Origin: Octopus vulgaris
Lineage: Eukaryota
Direction: 5' to 3'
Assembly (NCBI GenBank): GCA_951406725.2
Contig: OX597820.1
Coordinates: 23,932,001-23,996,000, forward strand
DNA length: 64,000 bases
Part shown: piece after piece, positions 52,416 to 64,000 of the stretch
How positions within the stretch are numbered: the first letter of the stretch is position 1
Layout: each line of letters opens with the position of its first letter
The notes under the pieces: model-generated
What the model saw: the letters and a program-made list of their open reading frames with translations, nothing else
Told to the model about the DNA's origin: nothing
Databases searched by the model: none
Program-made: the position numbers and the translations under genes

Positions 52416-52599
52416 ACCCTGTCACCTTGAAACAAAACCAAAAACAAAAAGAAAAGTGAGAAAGATTACATTGATTTATATCTTAGATACACAGTCTCGA
52501 AAATATGACGGTATTCTCACGGCTGGATTTGCTTAGTCAATGCCGACCTCCAGCTAACTAACGAGAAACAACGATAGCAACCTCTCCTCTTCCTCCTCC

Positions 52600-52614
52600 A
52601 GTTACTGCTGCTGT

Positions 52615-52650
<36 letters not shown>

Positions 52651-52721
52651 CACCACCACTACTGCTACCCCCCACTACTACTACTACTACCACCACTACC
52701 ACTACCACTACTGCTACCCCC

Positions 52722-52753
<32 letters not shown>

Positions 52754-52772
52754 CACCACCACTACTGCTACC

Positions 52773-52827
<55 letters not shown>

Positions 52828-52844
52828 CACCACTACTGCTACCC

Positions 52845-52893
<49 letters not shown>

Positions 52894-52894
52894 C

Positions 52895-52938
<44 letters not shown>

Positions 52939-52940
52939 AG
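52600..52940. repeat. (ACT)n/(ACC)n trinucleotide array with recurring gctaccccc spacer
   Basis: Direct reading. Confidence 0.9.
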
Positions 52941-53659
52941 TAAGAATGTAAGAATACATTGAAATCTTCGTTTTAAACGGACACTTTAATGGGATTAGAT
53001 ATGTTTGGGATGTCTCCATATCTTCCGTTGGTTATCTTACTGCAACCGTTTGTATCACAAAGACCTGATAGATTTCCGAAATGTAAAAACATGTTTTAGA
53101 AACGGGGAAACATGTGGATTATTCAAAGGAAAGATAGACTGTCCTTAGAAGAAGGCTAGTTAATTGCATTTTGATATAACTTGGTGGAAAAGAATGGAGA
53201 AGAGAGAAAAGAGAAGAAACGAAGAGAGAAACTGTGATATATAAATTGGGAGAATAGATAGCTATATTAGAATTTAATTATAATTTACAGACATATTGAA
53301 AAATAGGTTACAAATTAGATGCAAATAGTTCGTTTAACGTACAGAAAACTTTTAATTAGGAAAGAGGTATATATATATATATATATATCTTACAATTTAC
53401 AAGGGGACAGTTGATTGATAGAGAGACAGAGAGACAGAGTGATAGTTAAATAGATAGATATGTAGCTAGATAGCTAGATGGATAGATATTGCAGTTATAC
53501 AAAGCATATTACAAATATATAACAGGCAAATAGACGTGCAAACAGATTACGTAAGTAGCTTGTTTGATAGCTTGTTAGCTTGGGACACAAATGGCTGGAT
53601 AGAATTATATAGGCAATTAAATATATATTAATGCATGCGCATGTATGTATGTATGTATG

Positions 53660-54360
53660 TATGTGGCTCTGTGGTAAGAAGCTTGCTTCATAACCACATG
53701 GTTCCGGGTTCAGTCCCATTTCATGTCACTTTGAGCAAGTATCTTCTACTATAACCTCGGGCCGACTAAAGCGTTTCGAGTGAATTTGGTAGACGGAAAC
53801 TGAAAGAAGCCGTATCTCTCTATGTATGTATGTATGTATGTATGTATGTATGTATGTATGTATGTATGTATGTATGTATGTATGTATGTATGTATGTATG
53901 TATGTATGTATGTATGTATGTATGTATGTGTGTGTGTATGTATGTATGTATGTATGTATGTATGTATGTATGTATGTATGTATGTATGTATGTATGTATG
54001 TATGTATGTATGTATGTATGTATGTATGTATGTATGTATGTATGTATGCATGCATGCATGTATGTATGTATGTATGTATGTATGTATGTATGTATGTATG
54101 TATGTATGTATGTATGTATGTATGTATGTATGTATGTACTTATGTGTGTGTGTGTGTGTGTCTGTGTTTGCTTCCGTACTATCGCTCGACAACCGAATTT
54201 GGCGTGTTTGCGTCACCGTAACTTAGCAGTTCGGCAAAAGATACCGGTAGAATAAGTATTAGGCTTACAAAGAATAAGTCCTGGTGTCGATTTTTTCGAC
54301 TAAAGGCGGTGCTTGAGCATGGCCGCAGTCAGGTGACTGAAACAAGTAAAATTATAAAAG
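53660..54360 (+). mobile_element. SINE family B with expanded (TATG)n (~330 bp)
   Basis: B head, microsatellite, B tail. Confidence 0.85.
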
Positions 54361-54367
54361 AATATAT

Positions 54368-54430
<63 letters not shown>

Positions 54431-55614
54431 ATTAGTAGTGTGTTTATGTATGTGGTAATAAGACTACGAAAGTGAGAAAGAACTCAATACCTAGGTTGTG
54501 TAAATGTTTAATATGTGCGATCATAGTCCAAGCTTACAACATCCCGTTGCTCAGAGTTTCATGTTCTTTGTCGTTGACCATTTCTCATTTGGATTTAGCT
54601 GATGGATCGGATTGCTCTCTTTGTCAATTTCAAACACGTCTGATATGTGTCGCTTTGTTACTGCCGGATTGTTCCCGATGACAGCTATCATTCAAAGACT
54701 TTTGTGAACTAAAAGAAATAACTCATTACGATATCCAATCTTCCAGGAGTCCACACACGCATATACACGTATATACACGCATGTACACATGAGCACATGC
54801 ATGTATGTGCATACATATATTCATACATGCAAATATTTTAGCAGTGAAAGACCAAATGAAATATAAAACTAGGCCAAAGGAAATGTTACAATGCATAGTG
54901 TTAGTGCTTATCTGTTCTGAAACAACTTCGCAATTCCTCAACAAGTTTTTACCAGAATTAGCAGGAAAGCCTAAATTTATCCCAGAATAATCCGCGAAGA
55001 ATCTCAAGTGGTCGAAGTTTTACATTTCGTCACGCGTTAGCTCAAACGGACTTATACACTTAGAGTAATGTTCATACACAGTAATGTACACACACAACAC
55101 ACACATATACACCTACAATAATGTATCTTTGAACTTCGCAAACTATTACCGTGACGGCTACTGTTGATAGACGTCGTTATACGTAAGTATTCTTTCGATT
55201 TCAGTTTTCAACGAACGCTTCATTATGTATAAAAATTTTCTAACAACATTTCTCAACGAAGCATAACCTTTTAAAGAACTTTATAAAACTCAAGTTCAAA
55301 AAAATAAAAAATATAGAGATGATAAACTCTTCATATTTGATAAACCGGGCGTTGAATATACATGTAATAATTTCCCTAAAGATCGTTGCCTTATGTGTTT
55401 GATTTACGCACGAAGTCTGTTTGGAGAAATTTGTACTCCGAGACAAATCCCGCCGCGAATGCCACTCACGCTCTATTGAGCAACAATATAGAAAAAAATT
55501 AATGTTCGTATTACTATTTTGATTCTCCTTGCTTTGTGACCTTATACTGAATTAACTCCAGCTTTGGACGCTTCAGCACACACCAGAAAATATGTTGTCT
55601 GCTTTTTTACTATA

Positions 55615-55795
55615 TAAGACCAGAAGTTCCTGTCTAGTTCTAAAAGAACGCGGCAATATTTGTGCTCGAGGAGGTGAAGCACGCCGAAACACGTGTCTGG
55701 TAGTTCGCTGATGTCGTATGGATTACACACAAACGCTATGAAGAGAAGTCTGTTTTCCAACATAAAACCCTGTATGAAACAGCTGTCAACTTCTG
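55615..55795 (+). ncRNA. Degenerate tandem minimal hammerhead motifs
   Basis: GAAACACGTGTC (55686-55697) and CTGATG (55708-55713) with GAAACAGCTGTC (55776-55787); palindromic stem III and GUC triplets, damaged cores. Confidence 0.45.
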
Positions 55796-56117
55796 ACATG
55801 CAGCAATGTGTAAAAAAATGTACACATGTATATATATTTGTGTGTATGTGTGTGTGTGTATGTGTGTATCCGTATGTGAGTGTATCCATTTGTAGACGTC
55901 ATTGTTTATTTTTATGTCAATTTATAATGAAAATAATTAAACATTAACCTTTATTTATCTACACACACACACGCGCGCGTGCACGCACGCACGCACGCAC
56001 ACATATATTTCACTCTTACAAGGAGAGGATGACAGTGATTTCGAAGTTTCTGGCTGCTAAGTTTCTGATAAAACTTTCACGACACTATCACCTTTTTTCA
56101 TGTAAAAGCATAGTAAT

Positions 56118-56590
<473 letters not shown>

Positions 56591-56833
56591 ATATAAGTAA
56601 GTTGAAATTCCAATCAAGGAGCTTTGGATTTTGGTTAGAAACTGGCTCTTTCTCTATTGGCAAGAAATCTTGAAATAAAACAGAATAATGATACGCACGC
56701 ACACATACCCCCCGCCCCCATACAGATTGATAGGTAGATATAGATAGGTAGGTTAAAGGATAGACAGAGCTATATATATAAGCAGGCAAGTCGATTACAT
56801 TATAAGCTAATTATCCGAAAGCATAAGAAAGCT

Positions 56834-56901
<68 letters not shown>

Positions 56902-57433
56902 TGCGTGTACGCATCCTCCACACGTGAGCAGTGTTTATCTCAATCTAACAATTATTTGTCCTGTTTATAGACTTGAAGTACTCTCGTACTCTCCTCAACT
57001 GGCACGCCAATCCACTACCCAGTGTTCTAGAAATATGGCGTCGAAGATAATTATGTGTTATTTCTTGAGGAAATCGCTAAGATATGTTTGCTCTCCGTCT
57101 CTCTCTCGACCATACATGTTTAAATCACAATTATACATACATACACATATATACACATATAATACATATAGCCATCATTCATCCATATTTAAAAATAAAA
57201 TTAGAGCGTGCGCGCACACACAGACATGTACTGACACACCCATACAACCATCATGTTTACATATATACACACACATACATGTATACATAAATATATATAT
57301 ACATACACACACACATACACGCACTTATCCTCCCCCACACACTTGCATACACACATATACATATATATTTACATGCAACGACATGCGTACATGCAGACAC
57401 GCAAACACATGCATTATGTAAATATATATACAT

Positions 57434-57512
<79 letters not shown>

Positions 57513-59329
57513 CGTAGGTGATACTCACATACATTCATACATACATATTTACATACATACATATATACATTGACAAGCATGCAAGTATACTTGCGCTTAT
57601 ATTCATTAGGATATGCATGTTACATAGAGACTTATCCATGTGTGCAATACATACGCACATACACATGCACATGCATACATACAAACATATACACACCCAT
57701 CCATCCATCCATCCATCCATCCATCCATCCATCCATCCATCCATCTATCCATCCATGCAGCCAGCCAGCCGGCCATGCAGCCAGCCAGCCAGCCAGCCAG
57801 CTATCCTTCCATACATATATACACACTAATATATACACCCATACCTACATATACATGTACTCATACGAACATACATACATGACTGCTGTTGCTGTTTAAA
57901 TTCCAGGAAAGGAAATTTGTTCCTTGGTTGAAGACCTCTGTCTCTCTCTTTTTCTCCCTCTCTCTTTCGCTGTCTCTGTCGGAGAGAAATTTAAAAATAA
58001 AACTTGAGCACACACATGTGTGAGCACGCACTCATACACACACAAACAGACAGACACACACACACACTACACACGCTCGTGCTCGCAGGTAAGCTTTAAT
58101 ATCTTCATACGGAAATATAGCATATAGATACATTATGATTACAATTATTATTCGAGCTGGCAGAATCGCTTGCACGCCGGGCGTAATTCTTAGCGGCATT
58201 TCGTTCGACTACCCGTTCTGTGTTCAAATTCCGCCGAGGTCGACTTTGCCTTTCATCCTTCTTCGTGTAGCTTCGTTGGATTGTCTCAAGTTCTGAGATT
58301 AATTTGACACTATAATAAGGTTATAACAATACAAATATAAATCAAAAACAACACCGAACAAACAATATCTCTTCTCAACGAACTCTACGACTGTCTTATG
58401 TGCACACACCACACTGTCCCTCACTGATAGTGCGCATGGGCCTTTATACGGTTTATGACAGTTGACAGGGGTGTCAGGATTTCGCCACAACATCCTGTGC
58501 TAATCCGGTACTTATTTTATTGAGTCCGAAAGTATGAAAGGCGAAGTTGAACTCATCAGGATTTGAACTTAGAATGTAAAGAGCCGGAAGAAATACCACT
58601 AAGCATTTTGTTCAACGCTCTAACGATCCTACCAGCTCGCCGCCTAATCCTTGGTTTAATAGTCCTTTCTATAGGAGGGGACTTGTCGATTAAGTACTCG
58701 ACTGGTATTTAATTTATCGACCCCGAAAGAATGAAAAGGAAAGTCGACCTCAGCGGAACTTGAACTCAGAGCGTAACGACGGACGGAATGCCGCTAAGCA
58801 TTTCGTCCAGCGTCTTAACGACTGTGCAAGTTCGCCGCCTTATATCCTTGGTTTAATAATGGAAGATAGTTGCTCAAGCAAGTAAAATGATGCATTAATA
58901 CGGAAACAACCTCATAACATCGTTTTGAAGATTAATGATGGCAAAGACAAAGTAATTAAAACAGGGGCGTCAGCCAGTGTAATATGCGCTGAAGATAAAC
59001 TTTCTTGACAGACTTCCAAATATCTTCTAGTCTGGAACTTTTGAAACTGTAATAGATATGATTTGGGTAGATGATCTCTGGGAAGAAAACATTATTGAAA
59101 TAACTTATTTAAAATTCAGAAAGAAAAGTTGTAACCTCCCAGTCTGGATTTTCAGATATTGTTGATCGATGGTACGTTATCCAATGTGCCTTCTCATGTA
59201 CATGATAGCAAAACATAAACATGATAAAACTTCCAATAAGTTAAGATCAGAAGCCATGAGAGCCAATGCCTGGTATTGCAATTATGGCTGGGTTGTAACC
59301 CCGGCCGCATCAACTTGTCCATCTGCTAC

Positions 59330-59640
59330 ACTTCTCGGTTCATCATCATTGCCTCGAGGTCTTGGACACATTCCAAACCAGTGTCTGCGATCAAATTGTC
59401 AACGTAAGTGTGACGACGTTTTACTTTTCTTACATCACCATGAAGTCGGTTCTATATGATTAATTTGGATGCTTCCAGTTCAGAGTGGTGCAGGTTGTGA
59501 CCAGATAGTCGCAGCCGTCTTTGCCTCATCTTCTCGATAACTTTCGGCATGTCTCCTCAAAAGTATTTCTCTTGTCATATGTTGTTGCCATTTCACATTT
59601 AGGGCCATTCGTAGCATCCTTGTGTAGCAGCAATGTAGCC
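59330..59640 (-). mobile_element. RTE/RTE-X-like LINE 3' fragment
   Basis: YTRMLRMALNVKWQQHMT...RQRRLRLSGH...TYVDNLIADTG. Confidence 0.7.
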
Positions 59641-59947
59641 CGTTTGAGAATTTCTTAACAACTTAAACTAAAGAAAGTCAGGAAATCTAAATTGTCCAGG
59701 TCAATCCAAATCAAGCAACTGGTCAGCACTGAATGAGCACACCTTATGATCAAAAGCATTCTATCCGTGTCCATTATATGTTTTTCTTTGTGCAGGGAAA
59801 TCACGACCACATTTATCAACGAAGTCAATGATACGCAAAAATATGGAAATAGAAACGGCAGTGATATCATTCACATGGTTTACTTAATCAGGGCCGATCT
59901 GTGGCAAAACAGCTGCAACCAGTATTTTTTATTTGTTTCAGTTATTT

Positions 59948-60178
59948 ATTTCTTTACTACCCACAAGGGGCTAAACACAGAGAGGACAAACAAGGACAGA
60001 CAAACGGATTAAGTCGATTATATCGACCCCGGTGCGTAACTGGTACTTAATTTATCGACTCCGAAAGGATGTAAGGCAAAGTCGACCTCGGCGGAATTTG
60101 AACTCAGAACGCAGCGGCAGACGAAATACCGCAAAGCATTTCGTCCGGCGTGCTAACGATTCTGCCAGCTCGCCGCCT
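59948..60178 (-). mobile_element. SINE family C monomer
   Basis: Complete match to other C copies. Confidence 0.9.
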
Positions 60179-60893
60179 ATTGCAATGTGGCCGTGGTGGA
60201 GCACTACACTGATAAAAAAAAGAAGGGTTTTAGTCGAACAAATCGACTCCGGTACTTATTTTAAAAATATCTGGTACTGATTTTATCAGTCTCTTTTACA
60301 GAACAGCGAATTTACGGGAACGTAAACAAAGCAACACTGGTTGTCAAGTAGGGTGGGAAGACAAACACAGACACATACACACGACGAACTTCTACACAAT
60401 TTCTGTCGACCAAATTCTCTCAGAAGGATTTGGTCGGCCTGAGTCTATTGCTGAAGACACTTGTCAACCCGAAACCGTTTGGTTGCAAAACGAGCTTTTG
60501 AACCACACAGCTATACCTGCGCATATAATAAATTTATCGAACGAAACTATTTCTTTTTCCAAAGGTTCGTTAAGATAAAATTCATTAATTGTTCTGGGAG
60601 TTCAATTTCCATTTTTTCAATATAAAATATTTATTAAAAAGTTATTTTCCCGATCCTTTTAATATCGTCGATTTTATATATGCAGATTTATGCAAATTTA
60701 CCCCATAATTACACTGACTGTGTTAACTGGTTAATAAATATTGTTGAATGAATTACGGTGCTACATTGCAGTACTCATAAGGTGCTTCTTGCTTCTGATT
60801 TCAGGTTTTCGTATAGAAATGCATGTGAATGTGTGTGTATGTGTGTGTGTATCTGTGTATGTGTGAAAGTATTCATACATGCACACACACACA

Positions 60894-60938
<45 letters not shown>

Positions 60939-61259
60939 TTAAAGAAGACAACACTCGGAAAATATGACATACCAATATGTATATATAGTTCAAAAGAACA
61001 TGTAGTAAATAAACAAACGAACCAAATACACAGGCGAACAGACAACACAGAAGGTCACTTACTCATCATCAGTTATCGGCCAGAGAGTTAAACGCAATTT
61101 CGGCCATTATCGATAATATTGCTTCCACTCTGGAGGCACCAGCGAGAAACTTGCCGGGAATGGGACCAAAACGTAACAAAACGAGGCGGGCTCGAGACGA
61201 AACCGTTAGTGAACGGACGAGGGACAAAACAATAAACAGAATAAAGGTTTAGGGCCACA

Positions 61260-61984
61260 CGAAGACAACAATTAATAATGATAATAATACAATGCAAAAA
61301 AAAAAAAAAACGCCTTGAGGCTGCAAGACAAGACAAAAGTGGGCAACGCAAAGGTGAAATGAAAACTGTCCTAAAGGACAATAGACTATCTTTCATGGGT
61401 TTGTGGCCTGGCATCTTCTCCCCCTCCGTTATATAGCCTTTATCGACTCCTGCTTCAGTATGATGCAGATCGTAGAAGTGCTACGCTCGAACAGCTTCAC
61501 CATGTCGATTACACGCAAACCTTGGTCATGTTTTCTGATAATTTTTTTCTTTAATTCAATGCACATTATCTGCTTCTTCTTCTCAGCACTATTCTTCTTC
61601 GCACTCACTTTCTTCGGAAGTTTTGCAAAATAACTGCAAGCACAATTGCGAGCACAACACTGATGCTTCTGAAGCCTGCAACGACTAAGTAAGCATTTTA
61701 CCACCCGTCTAGATAACGACCCACTAACGATCTTCGCACTTGCTAACGCGCATGTCTGTCTAGCTATCGAGCTACTAATGATCTCCACATATCTGTCTAA
61801 CTACCGAATGAGACACGGGATGCTGGGCGGATGTTACGGCGCTCACAGTGGCAACCGCTACGTCAGCTATCGGTGGAGTATTTGAACCTGGCTCGTAAAC
61901 CGAATTTTAGCTCGCAACTCAAAGCAAAAAATCGGCCGAGAGACGGCTCGTATCTCGAAAAACTCGTACGTCAAGGTACCACTG
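61260..61984 (-). mobile_element. Tigger/pogo-like DNA transposon, 5' part
   Basis: Terminus CAGTGGTACCT next to TA; CENP-B/psq-type HTH KKKQIMCIELKKKIIRKHDQGLRVIDMVKLFERSTSTICIILK. Confidence 0.8.
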
Positions 61985-62147
61985 TATATATATAAATATA
62001 TTTCGTTTCTGGATTTGGTTTGCAAGATTCATTATGAGTGTTCGTGTGTTGAAGCATATTCTGTTGTGTCTGGGGAGAGTCATTTTCTTTTTGTGCCTTA
62101 TAATTTAACACACTCACCGGTAAAATTGTAAGACACAACAGTATATA

Positions 62148-63019
62148 TCTTTATATATATAAAACTGAGAATGTGTGTCTGTGTGTCTGTGTGTCTGTCT
62201 GTCTGTCTGTGTGCTTCCCCAAAACTTGAGAACTATACAACCAATTTCATTCAAATTTTACATATGCCTTACTTAGGGTCCGGGGAGTGTCATCGGCAAA
62301 AAATTTTTAACTTTTTGCCTAGGGCGAGCCCACAGCAATAACATATCTTCTCCACTACGATTCCCTAAAACTTGAGAACTACACAACCAATTTCATTCAA
62401 ATTTTACACATGCCTTGCTTAGGGTCCATGTAGTTTCATGGGCAAAAGAAATGTTCAATTTCTTGCCTAGAGTGAGCCTATAGCAATATCATATATTCTC
62501 CACTATTTCAGTATTACGTGTTAAAAGTGAAACAAAAATATTTCTCTATTTTATGTCAGATGCTTTCACTTTAACAATAAAAATAATAATAACAATTAAA
62601 TTATACGTAGTAAGTAATAATTAAAATCAAACTAAAGTATAATATAAGTAAAAATAGCAATTGGAATAAAATTGCATCAATGATTTGAATTTGAATAAGT
62701 AGTTTCACATGAATGGGAATTAAATTAAAAATAAAATTAAAGTGCAGAAATGGAATAGTCCATTTGATTTAATAAAAAATTAAATTAAAGAAAAGACTGT
62801 TGTCTATAAAGTATACAATGTAGAGAAAAAAGAACTAACAATTCCAGTCTTATATATTTTGAGTATTGTTATCACTAGCGATATCAAGATATAACTTTGT
62901 ATTTTGCATTTTATATGTAGATGTATATATATAGATGTACATGTAATATGTACACATATATATACACATATATACATGCACTAGCACTATGACCCGGCAA
63001 CGACGGGTCTTTGATGCTA

Positions 63020-63020
<1 letters not shown>
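62148..63020 (+). mobile_element. Non-autonomous Helitron
   Basis: A|TC 5' end, (GTCT)n near the 5' end, ~146-bp internal duplication, 3' hairpin gacccg-gcaacga-cgggtc and CTAG|T end. Confidence 0.85.
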
Positions 63021-63090
<70 letters not shown>

Positions 63091-63248
63091 GACCGACGCA
63101 CTCAAAGAGTGCTTTTGTGTGATTCAGTGACCAGTGAGTCTTTCAACCAGCTAAAAATAGCAGCCAAATCTCTCTTGGATCATGCTTGCACGTCTTCTTT
63201 TAAATAACAAAAGTACACATTAAATAATGTCAATTGTATCAGCTTCAC

Positions 63249-63605
63249 CTGCCCCTTCGCTTTCGGTTCTGTATCGAGGAACAAATTGCTCTCTGTCATG
63301 TGATTGGGTTTCTGCGTTTATAATCTGGAATCTAGAATCGTTTTCCACACGACATCGTTGCCATTGTTGTAATGTTGTAAGAAATATCCGAAGAAATAAC
63401 TCTACAGATATAAATTTAATTAGAAGCACTGCTGACATTGATTCATTGTCCTCGTCTATCGTCATCTATCTCTTAAAATCTACTTCAGATTCATTGGATA
63501 CTCGTTGGGAGAAGAGCGAACGTGAATGACTATAACGGCAACTACGACTTCGACGAGTCCTATCCAAGATTAGAGAGGCCTGTGGTAAGAGACATGGTGA
63601 TTTTC
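63249..63605 (-). other. Candidate host-gene exon, unidentified product
   Basis: Long polypyrimidine tract plus ttcag acceptor at 63606; CAG|gtgaag donor at 63248; non-repetitive sequence; one frame open except a TAG at 63468-63466. Confidence 0.3.
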
Positions 63606-64000
63606 CTGAAATGAAGAGAAGAATGAAGAGACGAAGGGAGAGGGGAAAGGAGGAAGGAAGTGGGGGAAGAAAGGAGTGAGAGAAAAGAGGGAGGAAGGGA
63701 GGGGTAAGGGAGAAAGGAAAGGAGGGAGAAAAGGGGAAGGAGGAGGAGTGAGAGAGGAAGGGGTGGAGGGAGATGGGGGAGTGAGGGAGGAAAGAGGGAG
63801 GCAGGAAGGAGGAACGGAGGGAAGGAAAGAGGAAGGGAATAAGGAAGGAATGAAAAAGGAAACAAAGAAAAAAAGAAGAGGAAGAAAGGGAGGAAGGAAG
63901 GAAGGGAAAGTGGGAGGGAGGAATGAGGAGAGGAGAGGGTAGGAGGGAAAGAAGGTTGGAAGAAAAGGCAGAAGGGAGAAAGGAAAGATGAAAATAAAGA

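Noticed and set aside
54850-54990. FLNKFLPELA resembling the end of a Penelope GIY-YIG domain
   Set aside because: Too short, and no upstream GIY-YIG motifs are visible.
61062-61130. Minus-strand segment with a ccag acceptor and a gtaagt donor
   Set aside because: Stop codons in all three frames and no other support.
63620-64000. G/E/R/K-rich ORF
   Set aside because: Low-complexity polypurine tract.

Overview
This is AT-rich eukaryotic DNA made almost entirely of repeats. The SINE families and microsatellite load look like an Octopus (coleoid cephalopod) genome; that is an inference from recognising the repeats, not a database result. No intact protein-coding gene can be supported, and nearly all listed ORFs are translations of microsatellites or SINEs. 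The window holds: (1) dozens of copies of four tRNA-derived SINE families, labelled A-D here; (2) decayed LINE fragments of R4/Dong, CR1, RTE and probable L1/Tx1 type; (3) DNA transposon remnants: a full-length but dead DD37D maT, a DD34D mariner, Chapaev-3, Tigger, a hAT MITE and Helitrons; (4) long simple repeats. The most notable signals are: short non-coding elements in (TA)n/(TAA)n tracts carrying hammerhead-ribozyme motifs, one apparently intact at 19945-20003, with a Penelope-like inverted/direct-repeat layout; a ~1.14 kb near-perfect palindrome; SINE-C copies repeatedly joined to their own family at two fixed positions; a LINE 3' end that shares SINE-C's tail; and a candidate 357-bp frame-symmetric exon interrupted by one in-frame TAG. 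SINE and degraded-element boundaries are approximate.
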